Origin: Alphaproteobacteria bacterium
Lineage (GTDB): Bacteria > Pseudomonadota > Alphaproteobacteria > CALKHQ01
DNA: 64,000 nucleotides
Assembly (NCBI GenBank): GCA_965227515.1
Contig: CBDDFZ010000001.1
Coordinates: 3,264,001 to 3,328,000 of the forward strand
Direction: 5' to 3'
The notes under the pieces: generated by a model
Seen by the model: the letters and a program-made list of their open reading frames with translations, nothing else
Databases searched by the model: none
What the model was told of the DNA's origin: nothing
In this document: positions 38,094-46,971 of the stretch, in pieces
How the letters are laid out: every line of letters begins with the position of its first letter
How positions within the stretch are numbered: the stretch's first letter is position 1
Made by a program: the position numbers and the translations under genes

Positions 38094-38693
38094 ATGGCAG
38101 CCCATTCCGCATCGTACCCGTCCCCGGTGAGTGTGCTCTGGCCGGAGCAGGCGCAGACCGAGCAGAAATGGCTGCGACTGGGCCTGCTCGCCGTGGTCGG
38201 CGCGGCCCTGGTGGCGGTTTCGGCCCATATCCAGGTGCCGTTTTATCCGGTGCCGGTGTCGCTGCAGACCCTGGTGGTGTTCCTGATCGGCATCGCCTAC
38301 GGCCCGCGCCTCGGCATGTCGACCCTTGGTCTCTACCTGATCGCCGGCACCGCCGGCCTGCCGGTGTTCACCAATCCGCTGGGCGTCGCTGGGCCGACTG
38401 GCGGCTATCTGGTCGGCTTCTTCCTCGCCGCCGGCATCACCGGCTGGGCGGCGGAGCGCGCGCCTAATATTGTTGCCATCGCGCTGGCCGTGCTGCTCGC
38501 CGAAGTCGTGATCATGGGCCTGGGCGTGTTGCAGCTCGGCGAGTGGTTCGCGGCGAACCAGGTCGACGCCAGCGCGCTGGAAGCCGGCCTCTATCCGTTC
38601 ATCTACGGCGACATCCTGAAGATGGCGATCGCCATCGCGCTCGCCATGGCCGGGCGCCACGTGGTGCGCCGCTGGATCGAGCGGAATAGCTGA
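38094..38693 (+). CDS. bioY: Biotin transporter
   Basis: PVPVSLQT, AGLPVF, GPTGGYLVGF, PFIYGDILK. Confidence 0.92.
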   Translation: MAAHSASYPSPVSVLWPEQAQTEQKWLRLGLLAVVGAALVAVSAHIQVPFYPVPVSLQTLVVFLIGIAYGPRLGMSTLGLYLIAGTAGLPVFTNPLGVAGPTGGYLVGFFLAAGITGWAAERAPNIVAIALAVLLAEVVIMGLGVLQLGEWFAANQVDASALEAGLYPFIYGDILKMAIAIALAMAGRHVVRRWIERNS

Positions 38694-38706
38694 TCTCATT
38701 CTGGGT

Positions 38707-38804
38707 CGTCATGCCCGCACTTGTTGCGGGCATCCACGACTTCCATCCGGCATACCAAGACGTGGATACCCGGGTCTCGACCTTCGGTCGGCCCGGGCAT
38801 GACG
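38707..38804. repeat. RIME/REP-like palindromic repeat (inverted relative to 36061)
   Basis: Reverse complement aligns with 36061-36177 apart from the loops; sits between convergent bioY and larB. Confidence 0.85.
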
Positions 38805-38811
38805 GCGCGGT

Positions 38812-39459
38812 CTAGGAACGCCCCGCGCCCAGCGCCTTGATCGCGGCGCAGGCGGCGCCGAAACCGTTGTCGACGTTCACCGTCACCACGCCGGGCGCGC
38901 AGCTCGCCAGTGCCGATGACAGCGCCGCCTGCCCGCCTTGCGCCACGCCGTAGCCGACCGACGTCGGCACCGCGATCACCAGCCCCGGCACCTGGCCGGC
39001 GAGCACGCTGAACAGCGCACCCTCCATGCCGGCGGCGGCGATGACCACTTTCTGCTGGCGCAGGTCCGGCAGCACTTCCTGCAGGCGCCACAGGCCGGCC
39101 ACCCCAATGTCGGCATAGAGGTCCGCCGCGATGCCATAGAAGCTCAAGGTCGCGACCGCCTCTCGCGCCACCTGCACATCGGAGGTGCCGGCGCAGGCCA
39201 CCGCGACGCCGCCGGGTGCGGGCGCGGGGCAGCCATGGTCGAGCACACCGGTGCGGCCGATAGGGTCGATCGCCAGCCGGTCGCCCAGCGTCTCCATCTG
39301 GACATCGGTCATGCGCGTCAGCAGCAGCGAGCGCTGCCGCTCATCGGCCTGGTCAATAATATCAACCAGTTGCGCGACATTCTTGTGGTCGCACAGCACC
39401 GCCTCACCGATGCCGGTGCGCTCCCCCCGCGCCCAATCGAAGCGAAAATCACCGGTCAC
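38812..39459 (-). CDS. larB: Nickel-pincer cofactor carboxylase LarB
   Basis: AGTSD..VA.EA, DIGVAGLWR, AGMEGAL, VPTSVGYG, SCAPG..VNVDNGFGAA. Confidence 0.93.
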   Translation of the reverse strand: MTGDFRFDWARGERTGIGEAVLCDHKNVAQLVDIIDQADERQRSLLLTRMTDVQMETLGDRLAIDPIGRTGVLDHGCPAPAPGGVAVACAGTSDVQVAREAVATLSFYGIAADLYADIGVAGLWRLQEVLPDLRQQKVVIAAAGMEGALFSVLAGQVPGLVIAVPTSVGYGVAQGGQAALSSALASCAPGVVTVNVDNGFGAACAAIKALGAGRS

Positions 39460-40259
39460 GAACTGGCCCGGTCTCGCAGGAAGGCGCTGCCGCGCGCATA
39501 GGCGCCGATGCCGCGCCAGGCATGGGCCGACCGCGCGCAGGCGGCAGCCACCTGGGCCTCGATCTCGGCCGCCCTGTCGGATGGCAGTGCCGCGAGCGTC
39601 GGCGCGTCGATCTCGACATGCACGCCGTCGCGCCGGATGCGGCAGCGCACGTCGGTGCCACCGGAAAGTGCCCGCACCGTGCGCTCGATGCTGTCGACCA
39701 GCGCCAGATCGCGCGCGTCGATGGCGATCCCGGTCTCGACCCGGCTCGACAGGCACGGTTGCGCCGGCAATTCGGCAAGATCGTCAAGGCCGAGCTCGGC
39801 GGCGATGGCGCGCACGTCGGCCTTGGTGGCCCCGGCCTCCACGAACGGGTGCACCACATTGCGTTCCTTGGCCGCTGTCAGGCCGGGCCGGAAGTCGCCC
39901 AGATCGTCCACATTGGTGCCCGAGGCGATGGTGCCCTCGACCAGCGAGGCAATTGTGCCATAGAGATTGGATTTGCAGAAATAACAGCGGTTTACCGGGT
40001 TTTCCCGATAGTGCGGATCAGCGAATTCGCCGGCGTCGATGCGCCGGTAGCGCCAGCCCGCGGCGGCGGCATGGCGCTCGACCCTTGCGGTTGCGTCGCC
40101 CGGCACAGCGGGAGAGACCGCATGCACCATATGCGCGTTGGCGGCGCCGAGCACCCGATGCGCGACATGGGCGAGCGTCATGCTGTCGACCCCGCCGCTG
40201 ACCGCGACCGTCAGTTGGCCATGACCGGCGACCACTTTGGACAGGGTGCCGAGCATCAT
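39456..40259 (-). CDS. larE: ATP-dependent sulfur insertase LarE
   Basis: PP-loop SGGVDS, RCYFCK, GTNVDD..DFRPG, CLSSR. Confidence 0.92.
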   Translation of the reverse strand: MMLGTLSKVVAGHGQLTVAVSGGVDSMTLAHVAHRVLGAANAHMVHAVSPAVPGDATARVERHAAAAGWRYRRIDAGEFADPHYRENPVNRCYFCKSNLYGTIASLVEGTIASGTNVDDLGDFRPGLTAAKERNVVHPFVEAGATKADVRAIAAELGLDDLAELPAQPCLSSRVETGIAIDARDLALVDSIERTVRALSGGTDVRCRIRRDGVHVEIDAPTLAALPSDRAAEIEAQVAAACARSAHAWRGIGAYARGSAFLRDRASS

Positions 40260-41434
40260 TCCTCCACGTCGCGCAGGGCTTTGGATTCGGCTTCGGCTTC
40301 GGCGCTCCGGGCCGCCGCGCGCCGCTGCCCAAGATTGCCGCCACGCGCGAGGTCGTCGGCCTCCGCCTTGCCGGTCTGCCCGCCATCCGGTCGCGCCACG
40401 ACCTTCACGCCGATGCCGCTAACCTCCGCCTGCTGACGCCGCAGCACCAGCCGCGGTTCGCGGTTCACCCGCACGCCCAGCGTCGGGGTCTCCAGGAAAC
40501 AGGCGGAGATCGCCGCCGCCTCCGCCTCGGGTCGCGCCAGCAGTCGCAGCTCGAACACGTGCCGGCCCTTCTTGCCCTGGCGTAGCGCGGACGATACGTC
40601 GACCACCCCGGGCACGTCGCGCAAACGGTCGACCGCGATGGAAAGCTCCTCCGGCGTCAGGTCGTCCAGGTCGCAGGTCAGCACGCTGATAACGTCGCCG
40701 CCGCTTGTGGCCGTCTCGAACGCCAGCACACGCGCGATGTTGGCGATGCCGTCGAGGTCGCGGGTGCCGGCCCCTGCCCCGACACCGACCAGCGTACCGC
40801 CGGCCTGGTGCGGCTGGGGCCTGAGATGGGCCAGAATCGCGGCGCCCGTCGGCGTCACGCGCTCGCCGGGAACGCCGTCGTCGCGCACGGCAAAGCCCTT
40901 CAGCAGCGCGGCTGTCGCCGGCGCCGGCACCGGCATCGGGCCGTGCCGGGTCTTCACCATGCCGCCGCCGAGGGGCACCGGCCCGCAACTCCAGGTCGCG
41001 CGATCGAGGGCGTCGATGATCGCGCCGGCCGCCAGCACGTCGACAATGGTGTCCCAGTCGCCGATCTCGTGGAAATGCACGTCGTCAACCGCAACGCCGT
41101 GGATCTCGGCCTCGGCTTCGGCCAACAGGCGCAGGATCGCGGCACCGTGCCGGCGCACGCCGGTATCCAGATCGAGCTCATCGATAAGGCCGCGCATCTG
41201 CGCGTAGGTATGCGGCGCGTCCGGGGCATCGGGCTTCTTGCGCGGCACCCAGGTGCGCGCCCGGATCGCGCCAGCCAGCCGATGCCCGCTCTCGACGGAA
41301 ATGGTATCCGCGCCAATGGACGCGACAACGCCATCCACGGCGGGCGCCATCTCCGGCATCGCCTCCAGGCAGGCGGCGACGAACATATCGCCCGAGAGCC
41401 CGCCCAGCAGGTCGAGGTGCACGTGTCCGATCAC
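40256..41434 (-). CDS. larC: Nickel insertion protein LarC
   Basis: GLSGDMF, VHFHEIG..D.IVD, HG.MPVPAPAT, TPTGAA, ETPTLGVR. Confidence 0.92.
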   Translation of the reverse strand: MIGHVHLDLLGGLSGDMFVAACLEAMPEMAPAVDGVVASIGADTISVESGHRLAGAIRARTWVPRKKPDAPDAPHTYAQMRGLIDELDLDTGVRRHGAAILRLLAEAEAEIHGVAVDDVHFHEIGDWDTIVDVLAAGAIIDALDRATWSCGPVPLGGGMVKTRHGPMPVPAPATAALLKGFAVRDDGVPGERVTPTGAAILAHLRPQPHQAGGTLVGVGAGAGTRDLDGIANIARVLAFETATSGGDVISVLTCDLDDLTPEELSIAVDRLRDVPGVVDVSSALRQGKKGRHVFELRLLARPEAEAAAISACFLETPTLGVRVNREPRLVLRRQQAEVSGIGVKVVARPDGGQTGKAEADDLARGGNLGQRRAAARSAEAEAESKALRDVEE

Positions 41435-41438
41435 GCGG

Positions 41439-42734
41439 TCAGCCCTGCGGCTGGTAGTAGGGCACGACGTACGGACCCTCCGGGATCACCGCCACTGCGC
41501 GGTCGGGCGCGCGGTCGACGCTGGCCTGCACCGCCGCGTCCAGATCGTCGACGATCTCCACACCGGTCATCGCCCGATCCGCCGCCGGCAATCCCTCGCT
41601 GTAGAGCTGCACCTTGCGGGCGCGGCGCATCGGCTTCAGTTGCATCTCGGTCTGCCATTCGTCGATGTCGGCCTTCGACTTGGCGAGCAGCCCTTCCAGG
41701 AATGCATCCGGCCCCTGCGCGATCATCCGCTCCTGCGCACCGCGATACTCGGGCGAGCCTAGCCCCTCGGAACAGTCGGACGCGATGATCAGGTCGGCGT
41801 CGTCGGCGAAGATGTCGATGGGCGTCACCATGCCCTTGACCGTCTGGTAGTAGTTCTTGTCCAGCGGATAGCCGGCGGCCGAGGTGACGACGGTGTGGAA
41901 GCGGCGCGGCACCGGCACCCGCGCCCTGTCGGCCACGAAGTCCACCGCCGCCAGATGGCTCTCGATGATCTCGCCGAAGGTGACGCAGGACAGCCGCCGC
42001 TCCTCGTCGATTACGGTGTTGAGGCCGTAGACCTGGCCCAGCATGCCGACGATCTCGAGCTGCTCCTCGTGCAGCGGGTTGCCGGCAAGATTGCACTGGG
42101 TGGCGGCGGGATGCTCCATGAAGCGCGCGCTGTGGAAGGTGCGGATGGTGTCCTGGTGCGCCACGCCGGGGGCGATCACCTTCCGCCCGCCGGAGAAGCC
42201 GGCCATGAAGTGCGGCTCGACCAAGCCGGTCGCGATCTTGATGTCGGCTTCGACAAAGCGCCGGTCGAGCTTCACCGGCACGCCGCGCCCCTTGGTGACG
42301 CCAAGGTCGACATGGTCGTCGTCGTTGACCGCGAAGTGGTTGGCGACGCGTACCGTCTGCATCACCCATGGGTCGCCGACCAGTTCGGCCAGTTCCTCGC
42401 CCTCGTTGGGACGGTGCAGCCCGGTCGCCACCAGCACGGTGATGCCCTCGGCCGGCACGCCCGCTGCCATCAGCCGGCGGATCAACGGTTGCAGGAACAG
42501 CTTGTTCGGCACCGGCCGGGTGATATCGCAGATCAGGATGCAGGCGGAGCGCGCGCCGCCACCCGCGCCCAGCGGCGGCAGGCCCATCGGCCCGTCCAGC
42601 GCGCCCGCGATGGCGCCATCCGGATCGGGCAGGACGGGCATCGGCGCCTTGCGCACCACGGTCACGTCGCAGTCGTCGGACACCGCGACCGCGATCTTCG
42701 ACCGGCCATAAAGAAGTTCGTAGCGTTCAGGCAT
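41439..42734 (-). CDS. larA: Nickel-dependent lactate racemase family (LarA homologue)
   Basis: DITRP, ATGLHR, EPHFMAGFSGGRK, YQTVK. Confidence 0.92.
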   Translation of the reverse strand: MPERYELLYGRSKIAVAVSDDCDVTVVRKAPMPVLPDPDGAIAGALDGPMGLPPLGAGGGARSACILICDITRPVPNKLFLQPLIRRLMAAGVPAEGITVLVATGLHRPNEGEELAELVGDPWVMQTVRVANHFAVNDDDHVDLGVTKGRGVPVKLDRRFVEADIKIATGLVEPHFMAGFSGGRKVIAPGVAHQDTIRTFHSARFMEHPAATQCNLAGNPLHEEQLEIVGMLGQVYGLNTVIDEERRLSCVTFGEIIESHLAAVDFVADRARVPVPRRFHTVVTSAAGYPLDKNYYQTVKGMVTPIDIFADDADLIIASDCSEGLGSPEYRGAQERMIAQGPDAFLEGLLAKSKADIDEWQTEMQLKPMRRARKVQLYSEGLPAADRAMTGVEIVDDLDAAVQASVDRAPDRAVAVIPEGPYVVPYYQPQG

Positions 42735-42786
42735 CGCTCAACAGTTCTGTTGCGGCCAAAGGGGCGCCGTCGTTACTAGGCTCATG

Positions 42787-44100
42787 TCACCAGGCGCGGC
42801 AGCCGATCTCTTCATAGCCGAAAAGGCTCGGCAGCCACAGCACCACGTCCGGCACCAGCACCATCACCAACAGCGCGCCGAGCAGCGCCAGCAGGAACGG
42901 CCAGATCTCGGCAATGATGGTGCGCAGAGGAATGCCGGTCAAACCGTTGATCAGGAACAACAACACGCCATAGGGCGGCGTGATCAGGCCGATCATCATG
43001 TTGACGACGATGACGACGCCGAAATGCACCGGGTCGATGCACGACGCGGTGATCGACGGCATCAACAGCGGCACCAGCACCAGCAGCATGGTGGTGGCGT
43101 CAAGGAAACAGCCGAACAGCAGGAAGATCAGGTTGACCAGCAACAGGAACACCAGCGGCGGCACGTCCAGGTCCGACAGGGTCGCGGCGAGCGCGTTGGG
43201 CACCTGCTCGGCGGCGATGATGTAGTTGAACAGGAACGCGCCGGCGATGATCAGCGCGATGGCGGCGGTCGACCGGGTGGAGTCGACCAGGATGCCGAAG
43301 AGCCCACGGGCGTTCAGCGCGCGGTAGAGCACGATGGCGACCAGCAGCGCCCAGGCGGCCGCGACGGAGGCGGCCTCGGTCGGTGTCGCGGCGCCGCCAT
43401 AGATGCCGCCGAGCAGGATGACGGGCAGCAGCAGGGCCGGTATCGCCCCGATCACAATCTTGCCGCGCTCGCCGGTGGGCGGCGCCTCCTCCACCGGGAA
43501 TTTCCGCCGCCGCGCGATCAGGGCCACCATGCCCATCAGCATCCCGCCCATCAGCAGGCCAGGCAGGATACCGCCCAGGAACAGGTCGCCGACCGACGTC
43601 TTGGTCATCAGCGCATAGAGCACCATGGGGATGGACGGCGGGATGATCGGCCCGATGGTGGCGGACGCGGCGGTGACGGCGGCGGCGAAGCCGGCCGGAT
43701 AGCGGCCGTCGCGCCGCATCATGTCGATCAGCACCTTGCCGATGCCGGCGGCGTCCGCCAGCGCGCTGCCGCTCATGCCGGAAAAGATCAGGCTGGCGAC
43801 GATGTTGACGTGGGCGAGCCCACCGCGCAGCCGCCCGACCAGGAGCAGGCAGAATTGCAGCAGCCGGTCGGAAATGGTGCCGGCATTCATCACGTTGGCG
43901 GCGAAGATGAACAGCGGCACCGCCAACAGCACGAAGCTGTCGAACAGGCGATGCGCCGTCTGCTCGACAAACGCATCCATGCTGGCGCCGAACAGCACGA
44001 TGTAGGCGACGCCGGACGCCAGCATCGCGTAGGCGATGGGCATGCCGATGGCGGCCAGCACCAGGAACACGCCAAGCAGGACAAGGATGCCTTCGGACAC
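42787..44100 (-). CDS. dctM: TRAP transporter large permease
   Basis: LLAVPLFI, SGSALADAAG, IIPPSIP, ITPPYG. Confidence 0.93.
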   Translation of the reverse strand: MSEGILVLLGVFLVLAAIGMPIAYAMLASGVAYIVLFGASMDAFVEQTAHRLFDSFVLLAVPLFIFAANVMNAGTISDRLLQFCLLLVGRLRGGLAHVNIVASLIFSGMSGSALADAAGIGKVLIDMMRRDGRYPAGFAAAVTAASATIGPIIPPSIPMVLYALMTKTSVGDLFLGGILPGLLMGGMLMGMVALIARRRKFPVEEAPPTGERGKIVIGAIPALLLPVILLGGIYGGAATPTEAASVAAAWALLVAIVLYRALNARGLFGILVDSTRSTAAIALIIAGAFLFNYIIAAEQVPNALAATLSDLDVPPLVFLLLVNLIFLLFGCFLDATTMLLVLVPLLMPSITASCIDPVHFGVVIVVNMMIGLITPPYGVLLFLINGLTGIPLRTIIAEIWPFLLALLGALLVMVLVPDVVLWLPSLFGYEEIGCRAW

Positions 44101-44114
44101 GCGCGTGGATCCGA

Positions 44115-44600
44115 TCAGGCGGGGTGGCGCGCGCGCCTGATGTCGATCGCCCAGTCGCCAAGCGTGCGCAGGATCACCGCAACCAGGAAGACCGGGAACA
44201 GGCCGTAGACGATCAGATAGGTCAGCCGCATCACCGGCGTCTTCTTGCCGGCCATGAAGTCCACATAGTCCAGCGTGCCCGGCAACGCGGTGGCGAAGGC
44301 GGCGATCAGCATCGCGCCGCCGATGACGCCGAGCACCGCGCGCACGGGCGCGGGCGCGGCGTCGACGATCATGCTGAAGGTGATGTGGTCACGCCGGCGC
44401 ACCATGAAGGCCGCGCCCCAGAACGTGATCCAGACATAGAGGATCGAGCACGCCTCGATGGTCCAGCTCAGCGGCGCATTGACCACGTAGCGCATGAAGA
44501 TCTGCAGGAGGAAGACGAGGAACATCGCCGCGAACGCGATCGCGCCGACCGCCTCGCTTCCCCCTTTCAGTGCGCGCGCGATGGATTGGAGCGTTCTCAC
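44115..44600 (-). CDS. dctQ: TRAP transporter small permease
   Basis: IFMRYV...WTIE..., HITF; four TM segments; GTG start. Confidence 0.88.
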   Translation of the reverse strand: MRTLQSIARALKGGSEAVGAIAFAAMFLVFLLQIFMRYVVNAPLSWTIEACSILYVWITFWGAAFMVRRRDHITFSMIVDAAPAPVRAVLGVIGGAMLIAAFATALPGTLDYVDFMAGKKTPVMRLTYLIVYGLFPVFLVAVILRTLGDWAIDIRRARHPA

Positions 44601-44634
44601 GGCGTTTGGCAATCTGTGCCACCGCACACACTTC

Positions 44635-44801
44635 GATGCCCTCGGCCTTGTGCCGAGGGCCCATGGTTGTGCAATTCCAGGACCTTGGTGAATGTCATCG
44701 CTGTATCGGCGCGCTTGGGTGGATGCTCCGTGAGCGGTTTGCCCCCAAAACGTATGGCGCGCGGCCCGAAGATGGGCCCTCGGCACAAGGCCGAGGGCGT
44801 C
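44635..44801. repeat. Pair of inverted REP-like palindromes
   Basis: GCCCTCGGCCTTGTGCCGAGGGCCCAT ... ATGGGCCCTCGGCACAAGGCCGAGGGC between dctP and dctQ. Confidence 0.85.
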
Positions 44802-44825
44802 AAACATTCTTTGCCGCAGGTTGTG

Positions 44826-45836
44826 CTATTCGATCGCGTTGATGCGGTCGAGCAGCCCTTCCGGCCAGTCCTGGCTGTACTCGGACTCCAGATACGCCTG
44901 CTGCACAGCGGTGCGGAACGCGTCGACATCCGGCACCGTGATGGTCAGGCCCTCGGACTCGAAGAAGGCCAGCAGCCGCGCCTCGTCGCGCAGGCGGTTG
45001 ATGTTGTTGAAGTGGATCGCGGCGGCCGCGGCCTCGCTGACCCGGGCCTGCTGCTCCTCGCTCAGGCCGTCGTAGAAGTCACCGGCCATGGCGAAGAACA
45101 CGCCGTCGACCAGGTGGCCGGTCAGCACGATCTGCTCGGTCACCTCATAGAAGCCGGCGGCGAGATCGGTCGGCAGCGGGTTGTCCTGGCCGTCGATCGC
45201 GCCGGTCTGCAGCGACGTATAGACCTCGCCGAACGGCAGCGGCGTCGGGTTGGCGCCGAGCGCCGCGCCCAGGAACTGCCACGTGTCCGAGCCTGGCATG
45301 CGCAGGTTGACCCCCGCCAGGTCGGCCGGCGTCTGCACGTCGATCACCTCACGCAGGTTGAGCTGGCGGGTGCCGAGATAGGCGACGTCGATGATCTGAA
45401 TCGCCATGTCTTCCTTCACCGCGGCGAAGTATTCCTCGCCCACGTCGCTGTGGAACACGGCCTGCTGATGGTCGGGATCGCGGATCAGGTAGCCAGCGGT
45501 GAAGATGGAGTACTGCGGCAGTTCCTTGGCGATATCCTGGGCGGAGATCAGCGCCATTTCCAGATTGCCGCGTTGCATCGCCGCCGGCTCGGTGCCCTGG
45601 GCGAACAGGGTGCCGTTCAGGTGGACCTGCACGTCGAACTCGCCAGGGGCCGAACGCTCCAGCCACTCCTTGAAGATGTAGAGCATCTCGGCATGCCAGT
45701 CGCCGGGCACGGCCGGCGTGGATATGCGAATGGCCTTCGGATCCTGCGCCAAGGCCGGCGCTCCGGTCGCCGCGGCAAGGCCAACGGCAGCACAACCGGC
45801 CAGCACCAAGGTGCGGGCACTTCTCATCAATGTCAT
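44826..45836 (-). CDS. dctP: TRAP transporter substrate-binding protein
   Basis: Signal peptide; LRMP and EVYTSLQTGAIDGQDNP. Confidence 0.92.
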   Translation of the reverse strand: MTLMRSARTLVLAGCAAVGLAAATGAPALAQDPKAIRISTPAVPGDWHAEMLYIFKEWLERSAPGEFDVQVHLNGTLFAQGTEPAAMQRGNLEMALISAQDIAKELPQYSIFTAGYLIRDPDHQQAVFHSDVGEEYFAAVKEDMAIQIIDVAYLGTRQLNLREVIDVQTPADLAGVNLRMPGSDTWQFLGAALGANPTPLPFGEVYTSLQTGAIDGQDNPLPTDLAAGFYEVTEQIVLTGHLVDGVFFAMAGDFYDGLSEEQQARVSEAAAAAIHFNNINRLRDEARLLAFFESEGLTITVPDVDAFRTAVQQAYLESEYSQDWPEGLLDRINAIE

Positions 45837-45984
45837 GATATTCCTCCCATTATCGTTCCGCCCGTTGTCACCCGTGGGGGTCGCCCCATCGCGGAACGCT
45901 TTCTTTTGGCAAGATCGCCAGATTACAGTCTGGTCCGGTCCTGACAACCCACCGCAGGACAGCCAACAATCGGCAAGGCACCGC

Positions 45985-46911
45985 ATGACCGCGATAGACG
46001 CATCCACCCCCGCCCCGCCCGTCACGCCACTGGCCGAATGTCCGCGCTGGTGCGTGACCGCCGTGCTGACCCCGGTCCGCGACAATCGCAGCCCGGACGA
46101 CAAGCGGCTTTACGATCACTGCCGGTGGGTGCTGGACGGCGGCTGCAATGGCGTCACCGTCTTCGGCACGACGGGCGAAGGCATGTCGTTCTCGCGCGAG
46201 GAGCGCTGCGCCGCGCTGGAGCAGCTGATTGCCCGCGGCATCGATCCCGGCCAGATCGTCGTCGGCACGGGCGCTGCGTCGATGCGCGAGGCGATCCTGA
46301 TTACCGCCCACGCCGCCTGGCTGGGATGCACCTGTCTGGTGATGCCGCCGTTCTTCTTCCCCGAGCCACCGGCGGACGGCATTGCCGACTTCTACCGCCG
46401 GCTGATCGATGCCATCGGCGACCTCAACCCACGCATCCTGGCGTACCACATCCCGTCGGTATCAGGCGTCGACATGGAGGCCTCGTTGCTGGCTGACCTG
46501 GTGGCCGAGTTCCCCGGCACCATCGTCGGGGTGAAGGACAGCAGCTGCGACTGGGCACAGACGTCGCGCTTCCTGCAGGCATTGCCGGACCAGATCGTGC
46601 TGGTCGGCAACGAGCCGGACCTGCCGGCGGCGCTGGCGAACGGCGGGCGCGGCACCATCTGCGGGCTGGCGAACGTCGCGCCGGGCATGATGGCGCGCCT
46701 GGTGCTGGAGGGCGACGAAACCCAGCCGGCCGAGGTGGACCGCCTGGTCGCCGCGATCGGCGACGCACCGTTCGTCCCAACCCTGAAGGCTGCACTTGCC
46801 ACGATCCGGGATGACGAGGCCTGGCGGCACGTGGTGCCGCCGCTGGCACCGGCGTCAGCCGACGATGGTGCGGCCGTCGCACTAGTCCAGGCGCTAGCGG
46901 CATTGCCTTAG
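45985..46911 (+). CDS. DHDPS/KDG-aldolase family protein
   Basis: GTTGE, YHIP, GVKDSS. Confidence 0.9.
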   Translation: MTAIDASTPAPPVTPLAECPRWCVTAVLTPVRDNRSPDDKRLYDHCRWVLDGGCNGVTVFGTTGEGMSFSREERCAALEQLIARGIDPGQIVVGTGAASMREAILITAHAAWLGCTCLVMPPFFFPEPPADGIADFYRRLIDAIGDLNPRILAYHIPSVSGVDMEASLLADLVAEFPGTIVGVKDSSCDWAQTSRFLQALPDQIVLVGNEPDLPAALANGGRGTICGLANVAPGMMARLVLEGDETQPAEVDRLVAAIGDAPFVPTLKAALATIRDDEAWRHVVPPLAPASADDGAAVALVQALAALP

Positions 46912-46971
46912 CGCGCACGCTCGTCTAAGACATCACCGTATAGATCAGATATTATTTCTTACGGTGATTTT

